Below are positions 1 to 14,525 of a DNA stretch of 64,000 nt, one piece after another (position 1 is the stretch's first letter; each line of letters starts with the position of its first letter). The notes under the pieces are model-generated. The model searched no databases and was not told the DNA's origin. It saw only the letters and a list, made by a program, of their open reading frames with translations. The DNA is from the human T2T-CHM13v2.0 reference genome, Homo sapiens, in assembly GCF_009914755.1 (NCBI RefSeq), contig NC_060947.1. The stretch is one strand, 5' to 3'. A program made the translations under genes and the position numbers.

Positions 1-676
1 ATAGCCAACATCATACTGAATTGGCAAAAGCTGAAATCGTTCCCCTTGAAAACCAGCAAAAGACAAGGATGCCCTTTCTCACCACTCCTATTCAACATAG
101 TATTGGAAGTTCTGGCCAGGGCAATTAGGCAAGAGAAAGAAATAAAAGGCATCTAAATAGAAAGAGAGAAAGTCAAACTCTTACTGTTTGTAAATGACAT
201 GATACTATCTGTAGAAAATGCTGTAGTCTCAGCTCAACCACTTCTTAAGCTGATAAACAACTTCAGCAAAGTCTCAGTATGCACAAATCAATGTGCAAAA
301 ACCATGAGCATTCCTGTATACTAACAACAGTCAAGCTGAAAGCCAAGTCAGGTATGAACTCACATTGACAACTGCCACAAAAAGAATAAAATACCTAGGA
401 ATACAGCTAACTAAGGAGGTGAAAGATCTCTAAAAGGAGAACTACAAAACACTGCTCAAATAAATCATAAATGACACGAACAAATGGAAAAATATTCCAT
501 GCTCATAGATAGGAGGAATCAATATCATTAAAATGACCATACCATCCAAAGCAATTTATAGATTTAATGACATTCTTGTTAAACAGCCATTCATATTCTT
601 CACAGGACTGGAGAAAACTATTTTAAATTTCATATGGAACTGAAAAGGAGCCTGAATAGCCAAAGAAGTCCTAAGC

Positions 677-715
<39 letters not shown>

Positions 716-2165
716 ACACACACAAAAAAAACAAAGCTGGAGGCATCACACTACCCAACTTCAAACAACACTACAGAGCTACAGTAACCAAAACAGCACA
801 ATACTTGTACAAAAACAGGCAAATAGATCAAAGGAACAGAATAGAGAACCCAGAAATAAGACCACACACCCACAGCTATCTGATCTTTGACAAACTTGAC
901 AAAAACAAGCAATGGGGAAAGGATTGTGTGTATGCAGAAGACTAAAACTGGACCCCTTTCTTACACCTTATACAAAAATTAATTCAAGACGGATTAAAGA
1001 CTGAAATGTAAAACCCAAAACTATAAAAAAAACCCTGGAAGACAACTTAGGCAATATCATTCAGGATATAGGCATGGGCAAAGATTTCATGAGGAAGATG
1101 CCAAAACCTATTGCAACAAAAGTAAAAATTGACAAATGGAATCTAATTAAAATTAAGAGCTTCTCCACAGCCGAGGATACTGTCAATAGAGTAACCCGAC
1201 AACCTACAGAATGGGAGAAAATATCTGCAAACTATTCGTCTAGCAAAGGTCTAATATCCTGAATCTATAAGAAAGTTAATAAATTTACAAGAAAAAAAAA
1301 CCCACCTCATTAAAAAGTGGGCGATGGACATGAACAGACACTTCTCAAAAGAAGACATACATGTGACCCACACAATCCTATGAAAAGAAGTTCAACATCA
1401 CTGATCATTGGAGAGATGCAAATCAAAACCACCATGAGACATCATCTCAAACCAGTCAGAATGGCTATTATTAAAAATTCAAAAAATAACAGATGCTGGT
1501 GAGACTGTAGAGAAAAGGGAATGCTTATACACTGTTGGTGGGAATGTAAATTAGTTCAACCATTGTGGAAGACAGTGTGGTGATTCTTCAAAGACTTAAA
1601 GATGGAAATGTCATTCATCCCAGCAATCCTATTTCTGGGCATATACTCAAAGGAGTATAAATTATTCTATTAAAAAGACACATGCATGTGTACGTTCATT
1701 GCAGCATTATTCACAAGAGCAAAGACATGGAAACAACCTAAATGCCTATCAATGATAGCCTGGATAAATAAAATGTGGTACATATAGACCATGGAATACT
1801 ATGCAGCCAATAAAAGGAATGAGATCATGTCCTTTGCAGGAACATGGATGGAGTTAGGGGCCATTATCTTTAGCAAACGAATGCAGGAACAGACAACCAA
1901 ATACTGCATGTTCTCATTTATAAGTGGGAGTGAAAAAATGAGAATACATGGACACATAGGGAGGAACAACACACACTCGGGCCTATCGGAGGGTGGAAGG
2001 TGGCAGGAGGGAGAGAATCAGGAAAAATAACTAATGGGTACTAGGCTTCATACTTGAGTGATGAAATAATCTGCACAATAACCCCCCATGACGTAAGTTT
2101 ACTTATGTAACAAACCTGCACTTGTACCCCTGAACTTAAAAGTTAAATAAAACCCTCAAAAGTAA
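1..2165 (+). mobile_element. LINE-1 (old L1PA/L1PB-like), 3' part of ORF2 plus 3' UTR, degenerate; runs off window start
   Basis: ORF2-like peptides in ORF track ([25 protein letters not shown]; [26 protein letters not shown]), many stops/frameshifts, L1 3' UTR ending gtaacaaacctgcacttgtacccctgaacttaaaagttaaataaaa. Confidence 0.95.
680..724. repeat. (CA)n microsatellite inside L1 ORF2
   Basis: about 22 CA units with one TA interruption. Confidence 0.98.
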
Positions 2166-2739
2166 AAAGAACAAATAATAATGGATTAACATTTCTAAAA
2201 TATAAGGAACAGTTACAAATAAGCTTATATGATTTAACTAACTGACATTAAATGACATTACCAAATTATTTAAAAATTGAATACAATATGAATTTATTTT
2301 AATAATCATGTATCTATAGCAAATAGAAAATGTCAGAATATCACTTTTTCTTATGTCACCTATTGGAATGGACAAGGCTTTTCTGGGAAGTCATACACAA
2401 AATCAGTGAAAATTCTCAGGAACTGGCTCTATGTGCTTTTATATAAATGACCCTTTTAAACTATAAGTAGGTTTCCATTTTTTTTTTCCAAAGACAGAAT
2501 TGTTTTTTTCTTTAAAAAAAAAGACATGATACTATAAGCTGTAACTCTCAACACCCTAAGTAATAACAAAAGAAGCAAAACATATCTGTAGATGTTTACA
2601 AACCATCACTGATTGATTCTGATTCTGAATAAAAAAAATGTAAGGACACTTCTTAGTTGTTCTGTGGTTTTCTTTTCTTTAATCTCAGATGCTGTACATA
2701 GCAGACACATCTCTCAACTCCTTTCACCTTTATTTAAAT

Positions 2740-2955
2740 GGAGCAGCTACAACATGGTGACAAAAACATGGACTTTAGAGTCAGTGAGTGATTTTTTTTG
2801 AATGACAAATGTTGTAAGCCTCAGCATTTGAAATTACTGAATCAAAGAATATAAGGTTACTAATACCTCCTAAAAAGGCAGCCAGTAGGGTGTATATAAA
2901 GCACCTAGCACAATTACTGGCACATAGTATGAGTTCAATAAATATAACTATAATA
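2740..2955 (+). mobile_element. MIR relic
   Basis: acatggactttagagtcag ... gcacctagcaca..ctggcacatagta..ttcaataaata motifs. Confidence 0.55.
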
Positions 2956-3525
2956 ATTGTCATCCTTAACAATTATGGGAGGTGATAAGGGTGGGAATGT
3001 ACTTTCTGTCTCTGAGGAGGACTTATGAATTTCTTACCATTTCGTCTTCATTGGTAGGATTCAGTTTTATGACAATCACATAGGAGTATAGTTTCTCAGT
3101 ACATGCAATGTGAGAAGCTTTGAGACTTGAAATCTTGCCCTTCAGAGATGGACACTGAAATATTTGTTAGTACATGAACAGGTCACTCAGTTCAAGCATG
3201 AAGGACTAATTTTGTGGAATTCTGCTCTGAGCTAATTATATTTTTAAATTGTCCTCATTTGAAATTTGTGAATATTAGTAAAAATTATTTAACACAATGA
3301 AAAGCAAAATAAAACACTGAATGTACAAGGTATCTATTTGTTAGACTACTAGACTGGGAATTGCTAACCACTGTTTTAACTGCAGCTCTTTCTCACTACG
3401 GGGGACATGTATTTTTAAGAATTTATAATTTAAGATTTACATTTATAATTTGTAATTTAAGACAAAATTTTAACTTTTTTAAGAATTTAGTTTGTACATA
3501 GGGAAATTTGAATTGCATATTTTTC

Positions 3526-4740
3526 TCTTTTTTGAGGATACGAAGCTGAGTTAAAGTCTTTTTATTTTATTTTTTCTTCATTTCTTCTAAAAAAATGGGA
3601 TATGCATGCAGAACATGCAGTTTTGTTATATAGATATATGTGTGCCATGATGGTTGCTGCACCTATTGATCCATCCTCTAAGTTCCCTCCCCTCACCCTC
3701 CACACTCCAACAGGTCCTGGTGTGTGTTGTTCCCCTCTCTGTGTCCATATGTTCTAAATGTTCAACTCCCATTTATGAGTGAGAACATGCAGTGTTTGGT
3801 TTTCTGTTTCTGTGTTAGTTTGCTAAGGATGATGGCTTCCAACTTCATCCACATCCCAGGAAAAACATGATCTCATTCCTTTTTATGGATGCATAGTATT
3901 CCATGGTGTATATGTACCACATTTTATTTATTCAATCTATCACTGATGGGCATTTGGGTTGGTTCCATGTCTTTGCTATTGTAAATAGTGCTGCAATAAA
4001 CCCCTTCCTTACACCTTATACAAAAATTAACTCAAGATAAATTAAAGACTTCAATGTAAAACCCCAAACCATAAAAACCCTAGAAGAAAAGCTTGGCAAT
4101 ACCATTCAGGACATAGATGCGGGCAAAGACTTCATGACAAAAATGCCAAAAGCAATTGCAACAAAAGCCAAAATTGACAAATGGAATCTAATTAAACTAA
4201 AGAGCTTCTGCTCAGCAAAATAAACTATCATCAGAGTGAACAGGCAACCTGCAGAATGGGAGAACATTTTTGCAATCTACCCATCTGACAAAGGTCTAAT
4301 ATCCAGAATTTACAAGGAACTTAAACATATTTACAAGAAAAAAAAACCCATCAAAAAGTGAATAAAGGATATGAACAGACACTTCTCAGAAGAACACATT
4401 TATGCAGCCAACAAACATATGAAAAAATGCTCATCATCACTGATGATCAGAGGAATGCAAATCAAAACCACAATGAGATACCATCTCATGCCAGTCAGAA
4501 TGGTGATTATTCAAAAGTCAGGAAACAATAGATGCTGGTGAGGCAATGGAGAAATAGGAACACTTTTACACTGTTGGTGGGAGTGTAAATTAGTTCAACC
4601 ATTGTGGAAAACAGTATGACGATTCCTCAAGGATCTAGACCCAGAAATACCATTTGACTCTGCAATCCCATTACTGGGTATATACCCAAATGAATATAAA
4701 TCATTCTATTATAAAGACACATGCACATGTATGGTTATTG
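3526..4740 (-). mobile_element. 5'-truncated, 5'-inverted LINE-1 (L1PA8A-like); 3' end on minus strand 3559-4000, inverted segment on plus strand 4001-4740
   Basis: Minus-strand 3' UTR switches abruptly at 4000/4001 (ctgcaataaa|ccccttccttacacc) to plus-strand ORF2; TSD gaattg(c/t)atatttttc at 3510-3525 and 4740-4755. Confidence 0.93.
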
Positions 4741-7700
4741 AATTGTATATTTTTCAAAGGGAGATGGGGAATCTAAATTGCTCTGTGGCTGGTATTAACC
4801 TGAAAAAATAAAACTGGATAAAATAAGCACTAAAATTGTATTTTAGTTTTGAACATAGTGATAAAGATGTAAGTGCACAAAAGATAGGACAAGAGCAAAA
4901 CAAGTCATTGAGGAGCTTGGTGTTGTGGCCCATTCCTGTAGACTGGAGTCTGACTTAAGTATGAATCCTGACTCTAGAGTGTTGCAGAAGTTACTCATAC
5001 TCTCTGCTTCCAATGCTTCCTTTGAAAATTAGGATAATATTTACCTTTTAAGATCATTGCAAGAATTAAATGAAATAAGATGTAATAATTAACATAGTTC
5101 CTGACCTACACAAGGGGCCTCCCAGTGAATATCATTCCTTTACTGCCTTTTCTACATAAGATAGCCATTTTGATTATACTTGTAAGCTGCTGGACCAGTG
5201 ACTCTGTCAATTGAGGGTATTCTAACCGAACACCAAAAAATGAGTACAATCAAGTCAATTCATTTAAACAATCAATTCTGACAAATAAGTAAGTTAATCA
5301 TTTTTCAGAATAAATTAAAATAAATAAATAAACGAGTATCTAATGCTCCCTTCGATTTCTCCTGCTGGCTGAGTATAGATCAAATTCAGGTACAGATATC
5401 AAATATTTAATCTATGTAGTACTGAACTAATACAGATCAAAAACCACAGAAGATTTTAATGTTTAGATTTAAATATTACATCAAGTGATTGTTTAAGAAG
5501 AGTTAAATTATTGGAAGTATTTCACACTGACTTAAAGCAGACAAGGTAGTTGCCAGACTGAGCTTCTTAGCTACTAATACATTTATTACTGGCATTCTAA
5601 AGCTTTTGTGAGAGATATGCTCTTGGAAAACGACATGTAACTTAAAAATGAATGTCAAAAGCAATCTTCTCCTAGAAAAAAAAGTGATGAAAAAGGCATG
5701 TGAAAATCATTGCTTGATACCCAGCTGCAGCAGCCAAGTCTCTAGGGCTGTAAAACAGAAAAGCTGAGAATCCTCACTGCTCGAACGCTATTCTGCAACC
5801 AGGGCAAGAGGAACCATCCCATGAGTGAAGAAGAGACCAAAAGCTTCAACTAAGAATATCTGTGGAAAGAAACGGCTGCCAAGTTTATCTGACACCACTT
5901 TAAAATGCCCAGCTTAAGGTACTGTCTGAAAGTAGCTTCAGGGAAGATAAATTTTGACTTTTCCCACATCATAGCTTGCCTAATGAATTTGATGGAGCCA
6001 AGTTTATTTTACTGAAATGATGCAGGGCCAAATAACAAGGATTTAACAGAAAAAAAAAACTTTGCAGTGCAAATGAATAAAAATACAGCACAATCTGCAG
6101 GCTTGAATTATTAGAAACCTAGTGCTGAAGAAGTTGGGCCAGTTGCTGTCATTCACGCATAAACTCTCTATCTGCATTGCCTATTAATGTTCTGATTATT
6201 TGCTGAGGACAAAATTATTCTGAATAACAACTCAAGTGTGATCATGTGATAATTAAACTATTATACCCATAAGTTAACGTTGTGTAAGCAAAAAAAGAAA
6301 AGGCTAGAATATATGTATTGAGTAACTAGTCTGTGCCAAACCCTGCACTGAGGATACTTCAAAAGAATCACCTCCGTCATGATCTTAGTAATCACATATA
6401 GATAATATCAATTTCACATTAGAGATGTTGCCACCCAATGAAAGCACATTTGAGGAGCTGATTGGCTGGCAACACATTCCCTTTCTCTTGTAACCTGTAT
6501 TGTTCATAAAGAGCTTGTACAAATATTACACTCTACCTTCACGAGAAGCAAGTAAGAAAACTAGGAGCTTAGTGATTTTCCAAAATTGTTATACCTATGA
6601 AGTGGGAGGGAGATTGCAGTCCAGTTTGTTCTGATTTCAAAATTTCTGCTGTATTTTCCAGTGTACCATACGGTGAGTATTTGTTCCCTGAACAATTGCT
6701 TGAGAATACTACATTAAAAACACCATGTTTCAAGTTATGTAACTATCACAGTATAAAAATATGATAGGAGGCCTATAGAAAAGCATTTTCTTTAGATTTT
6801 AGTACTTTGGCTTTCAAATGTTTTTCAAATATAGGATTCAAAAATTACAAATGCATTCAATTGTGCTCAAAATGTTTCTATGGGTGAAGATTCACAATGC
6901 CTTTCATGAAAGAAAAAGCACTGCTCCAGAAGGATTATCAGGGTTTCTAATTTATTTTTTTTTGTCTCCCTATGAATGCTCTCACATTTTCATAGAAATT
7001 TGAAGAAAACACATTTTTTCTCATTCTCCTGCCCTCCAGTCCACGAAAAGTTTCTTTCTCTTCCAGTAGGAAGCAGAGGATATGCAATTACTGAGTGTTG
7101 AAATTCATTTTAAGCCTTAACAATTTTCTACATCTCTTTGCTTAAAATGTATGAACTTTAACAAAATCCTAATATAATTCAGGAGTTAAAGCTAGAGTTA
7201 GGAGACATAATATTAAAAAGGCAGGAAAAGATGGGGAAAGACATTAGGAGAAAAAAAGAAAAAAAGATAAAAAGAAACAACAGCATACATTATTGATTTT
7301 AGCTCTGATCCCCACAGATGCATTGGGATCAGATTCAATTCCATCCTCCACCTCCCAGATGCACCCTGCTATCTTATTTTCATCTCCGCCCAAACCTTTG
7401 CTCTTACTGACTCTTAGAGTTGAAGAGCCCTTTGAGATCATGTCTTTCCAGTGAGTACAATGGGGACCAGTCTAGGGAAAAGGAACTTCTGCAAGGTCAT
7501 GACATTGGTCCACGGCAAGTCAGGATTGCAATCAAAGTCTTTCAATTCCCAGTCCTTCCACTGTCAAACATTTCAAAATGAATAAAATAGTACAATTGAT
7601 TGTGTATGGGAACTTTTTAAAGTTAGAAACAAAAAGCCGCTACCCCAGAAGGATTTTAACCAGAACTAAAAATTGGAAAGATTTTTCCATGCAATAAACT

Positions 7701-7868
7701 GTTGTTGCCTCTAACTACAGATCTAGTTTCTCTCAAATCATGAGTTTTAATGACTTTATTAATACTGTATCTTAATATTCATATTCCACTTTTTAGGTAA
7801 ATATATTTGACCAAGATATAAACTTTCTGGTAATGAACTTTATAATATGTTAGTTACTATACATATAA

Positions 7869-8185
<317 letters not shown>

Positions 8186-8764
8186 TACTTTTTTGGTTTC
8201 AAAAAAATTGGGGAAGCCAACTGATCTACTTACATCACCTTGACCATCAAGTCAGTCTTGTTTCCTTTTGCTATGCCTAGAAACAGAATCACAATCAAAC
8301 ACCAAGGCAATATCAGAAAATGCCTCCAGGCTTCCACTTCTTATTTCTTCCTCTGACTGCTGGGCAGTTTCTGACTCTTTCAATTTTACATCTAGATTCT
8401 CCCCTGTCATTGTGTCCCATTTTAATGTGGCAGCCTACCTCAGGTGAGTGTACACTATTAACAACCTGGTAATGTGACATTGTAGAAGGTTGTCTCCGAC
8501 AAATGGCCCCAGCACTCCATGGCTCACATTATGTGCATGAGAACATAAACCTGACTTCAGCATAGACAGCCAGGATACCATATACAATGGTCCTGGCTTG
8601 CAGGAAATACCACTGACTCTACTATCTGTCTTTTGCCATGTGATATTATGGAAAGAACAAAGGATTAAGTATCAGGAGAATTTTTTTCAAGTTCCTGCTT
8701 TGGGATCTCAATCTTCCTCCCTCTGCCAGATATTCCTCACTTGTAAAATGAGGAATCTGATCAG

Positions 8765-8950
8765 TTCAGGTGTTCTCAATCTTGGCTGTTCATTGATATT
8801 CTAGGAAGATTCTTTAACATGCAAACTCCTAGCCACCGCACTTCATCTATTGAATCATAATGTCCAGGGACCGGCTCTAGAAACTGGTAATTTTTAAAAG
8901 CTTCCCTGGGGGCTTATTTGTTCATTCAGTACAGGGCTTCACTGCGCTAA
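8765..8950. mobile_element. MER5A-like hAT MITE (preceded by a MIR fragment, about 8640-8760)
   Basis: gttctcaatcttggctg ... tattgaatcataat ... tttttaaaagcttccctgggg resembles MER5A. Confidence 0.55.
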
Positions 8951-9214
8951 GCATCCTCTGTAATCCTTTGCAGGTTTATAGTTTGCTCATATACTCTGAG
9001 TGAATTAACAGGCACTGATAATAGCAATAGAGTCTATTTAAGCTTTGTTATGTTGATCAGTTCAAAATCAGTTGACAGCTAATTAGCATCTCTACCTTAC
9101 TTCCAAACTCTTTTGTCTAGGCACATTGTCCCATTAGGGAGTGGCTTTCTAACAAATTATCAAGATGCCCGTGGGTTTGACTTTCTACATCAGCCTATAA
9201 CTATCATAAGGAAA

Positions 9215-9420
9215 TAGATATACACAAGATGTTTTCATACATTATTTACATAATTTTTATCATTACCCTGTAGGAAAAGAACTATCCCCTCTGTTTTATT
9301 AATGGGAAATTCTAGGTTTAAGGAGGTTAAGTGACTTAGTTGAAGGTCACTCAGTAAATGAAGAAACAGGATTTGAATTCAAAACTTCTAGATTCCTTCT
9401 TATTTTACTATGACATATCA
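9215..9420 (-). mobile_element. MIR relic
   Basis: core gaggttaagtgactt..aaggtcac..ggatttgaattcaa. Confidence 0.6.
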
Positions 9421-10849
9421 TACTATGTGTCTGTAAACACTAGTTATGACCAAAGCAAGTCATATAACCTGGAAGAGATTCCCTTCATGATTTGATCCTG
9501 TGGTAAGAACAGACAAATAAGAATCAATAGTCAACAGAACCAGACTGAGAAAACGTCTGCTCTCCAACAACTTAGATCAGTATCCAAGGACTGGGTACTC
9601 TATACCAGTTTCTAGAAAGTTCTATCCCTGAAAGAGCCTTTAGAGTTCACCAAATCTAGTGTCTTCGTAGAAATGGAGAAAGTCAGGAACAGAAAAGAAG
9701 CACTACTGCTTGGGCGTTATAGGTAATTTCCAGCAGAGACGAACCTAGAAATTAGGTCTTCTACATTACTACATTCAAAGCTTTTTTTTTTTTCTTTTTT
9801 TCCCCAATATTAGATGCTATCATAGCAACTTAAAAAGATAGTCAGTGGAGTAGTTCCAAATGACTACAAAAGTAAAGGACATTTATCAAGAAAGAAGAAA
9901 GCTTTGAAGTTGCTTTTTTTCCCCACTTGAGAGTTTTCTTAGAGATAAAAGCCACTGAAAATGTTCCTCAATATCCTAAGTTCAAAAAAGAGAAGCAGCA
10001 TTATTACTCATCAAATACATAATTAATTAATATCTATCAGATTTAGCACATTTTATGGTCACGGTTTCTTTGTTCTTATGACATATTCTTGATTATATAT
10101 ACATGATGTCTTCAATGTCATATTATTGGTTAAGAACACAATTTTCAATAATGGCATTGTTTCTTTGTGAAAATACCATTCATTTTACAATTATTTGCTT
10201 TGTCTTGCAGTTTATAGGAGTGCACTATGGCAGAAAGTAGATATTACATATCTGATCATTAAGTGCCTGATTTACCACGATAATATAGAAGTTAGATGGC
10301 CATTTTAAACTGTGTACTTTAGGGCAAGGTACTTATATTCTCTAATATTCAATTCCACAATTTTCAAAAATTGCTATGTTGATTACACGAAATTATATAT
10401 GTAAAGTGCTTAGTATAGTATCTGAACTATGATAGATGTTTGCTAATTGCTAGACATAATTATTATTCCAATGCTTCTGCTGTATCAATGTGTGACCTTT
10501 CCCACACTACTTCTCTATTATATACGCTACAAAAACAAAACAGATATAAAGTATATCTTTGCATTTTTCCACTAGAAAACTATTTTTAAATTTGTTTTCT
10601 TAGTTTTTATAGTCATAACAATTCTTTTGCTGAAAGAATCCTGAGTTATATACAACACGTAAAGTATTGCAACCTCTGCTGTTGAAACTTCACCTCATTA
10701 TCACTCATTTGGCTGCTGCCACTGTTGAGTTACTGATTTACTCTCAAGAGCAGCCAAACATGGTCCTCTTCAGGGCCAGTCAGATAATCAGATGTACCCA
10801 TAGTGTAATTTAATTCACAAACAAGTTACATTTGAATAGAAGACACATG

Positions 10850-11010
10850 CATTATTTCATATTATTACAATAATAGTTCTATCAGATAGGTATATTATTG
10901 ATGTCTCTATTTTAGAGATGAAGAAACTGAAGGCTAGTGAGGTTAAGCAACTTTCCCCAGCACACAGAACACGTAAGTGATGGATCCTAGATTTCAGAGC
11001 TAGAAATATA
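10850..11010 (-). mobile_element. MIR relic
   Basis: attttagagatgaagaaactgaaggctagtgaggttaagcaac. Confidence 0.65.
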
Positions 11011-12712
11011 ACCCACTCCTCGGCAGTGCTTATCATAAAGTTTGGTATTTCTGTTTAATAACCTAATAACTATGTATTTTTGATGCTTTTGAATACTGGA
11101 GGTAACTGCCACCACCCTTGCCAGCATGGATGCTGTGCAGGGTCTTGTATATGATTGGCTATGCTAACTATTGTGTGTGTGTGTTTGTGTGTTTCTCCTC
11201 TCTCTTTTCCCTAGTAATTTTTTAAAAAGGAGTTCATTGATGGTGGTGACCTTCCCAATTTAGTCCCTTGAGGTAAATTGTAATGAAATTATAGAAGAAT
11301 CACAATCACCTGCTGATGAGAGCTGCAGCTCAACATAAAAATAATAACTATTTGGATGACCCTCTTTTGCAGAGACAATAAATTAGTCTTGCTTTCCTAT
11401 TTGCCTGCTTATCAGGGGTTGGTTTTATTATCTGAGTCTCTATTACTGAGTACATATTAATACACTGGTATTGGGCAGTCTAAGACGTGGACCATTCCAG
11501 TAGTAGTTTTGGTTTCCCAGAATTTGAACACACTTACTCTATTGTAAGAAAATTTATCATGTATGGGTGTCCATGGAAAGCAGATGCAAACATTTCAGAG
11601 GTAATATCCAGTGTCCAGTGCTAGGAGAATTGGTGGTGTCACATGCATTGTCTGTGAATCGCAGAAGCAATTGTGACCTTTCTATCAGACCAAATATGTC
11701 CTGCAGTCTTGGACATTGTCCATCTGTACAGCACCTCAGCATGATTTGCAATTTCTGGGAAATCTTTAAGTTGATATTCTTTAATAATTTTTTTAATGTG
11801 TAAACTACGTGGTTTGTTTTCATTATCTGCAAGTAATAACATGACTGATAAAAGGCTGTTGTATGACTTAAACTAGCCAATCCGTGTAAAGCATTTAGTA
11901 CAGTTCCTGGTATATAACATTCTCACAATAAATACACAAGTGTGAGTTGTGAATGGATTATGGAGTGATAAGAAAGAATATGAATGAAAACAATAGTTAT
12001 CTCTGCATGGTGTGATTATATGAGACTATTTTTATACGTACACCTTTATAGGAAGTCCTGAGACACTTTATGAAATTAAAAATTGCAAAAATAAAGGCAG
12101 TAAATAAATGCAAATGAAGTGTGGGTGTTTAGCATCACTTCAAATTCAAGACTCCCTCTGATTACTACCAAGGTTAAAAGTCCATTTTTTGAGTTCTATG
12201 TGAAAAGTAGAAAAACAAAAACAATAAGAAATTTGATCCAAAATGTTTCAAGTAAAAATTTAATGGTTATAAAATATTAGTGCTTTGAAGCTTCTTAAGG
12301 ATAATAGAAAGTTATGTTCAATACCACATGACTTGTAAGGTTAATAGAGACTACATTATGAAATTGTAAACATCCAAACATTAGCATGACTGCTACCAAC
12401 TCCTGATTTCCATTCCAAAATGCCAGAAAATTATTCCTCCTGAAATTTTACATATTTTATTAAATGGCAACTACATTTTTTCATTTCCTCAAGGCAAAAC
12501 TCTTTAAGTCATCTTCGAGACATTGTGTGTGTCTCATATACAAGAATGAGTGTTAGGAAATTCTTCTCATTACTTCTGCAGTTATGATACTGGTGTAAGT
12601 CACCACCATGTCTTGCTATAGCCTCTTCACTAGTCTCCTTACTTCAGTCTTTACCACCCTTTAGTCTATCTTGAATGAAATCCCAGAATCATTACATTAA
12701 AAAGTAAGATCT

Positions 12713-12866
12713 GGCCAGGCATGGTGACTCATACCTATAATCCCAGAGCTTTGGGATACCAAGGCAGGAGAATGGCTTGAGCCCAGGAGTTCAAGATTAC
12801 AGTGACCTATGATCACACCACTTCATTCCAGCCTGGGAAACACAGTGAGACCTTGTCTCTGAAAAC
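12713..12866 (+). mobile_element. Alu monomer (FRAM/FAM-like)
   Basis: single arm ggccaggcatggtg...gagaccttgtctc plus A tail; degenerate TSD aaaagt(a/c)agatc at 12700-12711 and 12867-12878. Confidence 0.85.
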
Positions 12867-13341
12867 AAAAGTCAGATCCTGTCAGATTCTATCATTCCTA
12901 TATTCCAAACCCTTCAATGGCTTCCACTTTCATTCAGTAGAAGACAATGTCTTTATAATAACCTATATATATATAATTTTTTTTCTGACTTCCTGACTTT
13001 ACCTCCTACCTTTTCCTTTTTGCTTACTGAGCTCCAGCTGGACTGGCCTCCTTGCCTTACCTCAATATTCCAAGTACATTTTCACCTTGGAGCCTTAGTC
13101 ATTGTTGTGTCCTCCACCTGTAACCTTTTACCTTAGATATTTGCATGTGTCAGTTCGTCACTTTCATCAAGTCACTACTCAAATATTAAATCAAATAAGC
13201 GTCCTTTGGCCACCCTACTTAAAATAAAATCACTCCATTGTCACAGGCTATCTTCCTTACTTTGTTCATCTGTATGCGTAGTATTTATTTTCTTCTGACA
13301 TTTTAAATATTTCACTCGTTCATCCGTTGGGTACATCTCCC

Positions 13342-13739
13342 TGTATTAGTCCATTCTTGCACTGCTATAAAGACATTCTTGAGACTGGGTCATTTATAAA
13401 GAAAAGAGGTTTAATTGGCTCATGGTTCTGCAGGTTGTACAGGAAGCATTGTGGCTTCTGATTCTGGGGAGGCCTCAAGAAGCTTCCAGTCATGGTAGAA
13501 GGCATAAAGGGAGTGAGCCACTTCGCATGACTGGAGCAGGAGAAAGAGAGACGAGGGGGAAGCTGCAACACACTTTTAAATGACCAGATCTCATAAGAAC
13601 TCACTCACTATCACTAGAACAGCACCAAGGGCAAAATCCACCCCCATTATTTAATCACCCCCACCGGGCCCCACCTCCAACACTGGGTATTACAATTTGA
13701 CATGAGATTTGCACAGTGACACAGATCCAAACCATATCA
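13342..13739 (-). mobile_element. MaLR solo LTR (MSTA/MSTB-like)
   Basis: tgtattagtccattcttgcactgctataaag ... gatccaaaccatatca termini. Confidence 0.9.
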
Positions 13740-14525
13740 CTTCTCCTACTAGTAAATAACTTCAATGAGGACAATAATAGTTTTTTTTTTCCTCCGTTTT
13801 ATTCCACTGCTATATGCTAAGTATCCAGAAGTATAGGTGATAAAAATATTTGTTGAATGATTGAAAGGATCTCATTAAAAATTCCATCCTTCAACTCAAA
13901 CTTGGGACAGCAAATGACTAAATGTCAACTAGTGAAGTTTTAAATAGAACAATATATAAGAATTAAATTGATTAAATAAACAGGCAGACAAAGAAAACAG
14001 ATCATTTTAAATAATTTAGAAACAGTAAAAGCTTGTCTCGATGATAGATTATAAATTATAAACACACTTGCTTCTTGGTGTGATTAGTAATAAACTGAGA
14101 CAGTTTTTTAGACATGAAATTGGCTGATGCCACACTAATATTTTGGGAGACTAGAATGAAAAGATTTAGTAGGGAGCACTGTTTACCTTTCTATCATTTA
14201 ATGAACCTCTGTACACACCACTGTAGTTTGCCTTTCTCTCTTTCCCTCCCTTCCTCCCTCACTTCCTTCTTTTCTTCTACCTTTTCATTCTTCTTTATAT
14301 GTTATTTATTATGAAGATATTTAGGCATTGTGATTAGTGCTATGTATACCCTAAAATGGCTTCTTTCTCCACTTTTACTGAACACGAGCATTATAAATTT
14401 CTGTGCTCCATATCACATAGAGTTATGTACATTGCTGTAACAAGAAAACAGTGGGGATCTCGATAGAACAAGTGACTATATTAAACATACTGTTTGGAGA
14501 TAGTGGAATATGGTTGAAAAGGGAG

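Larger units (their letters stand above)
12420..13865 (+). mobile_element. L2 3' region, interrupted by an Alu monomer and an MST LTR
   Basis: ccttcaatggcttcc, ctccagctggactggcctccttg, terminal aaatatttgttgaatgattga. Confidence 0.7.

Noticed and set aside
6650-6680. Micro-exon-like ttttccag|tgtaccatacg|gtgagt
   Set aside because: Lies at the end of a MIR-like relic; 11 nt with no supporting exons
11557-11880. Overlapping ORFs on both strands in unique DNA
   Set aside because: No recognisable domain or convincing splice signals; length compatible with chance
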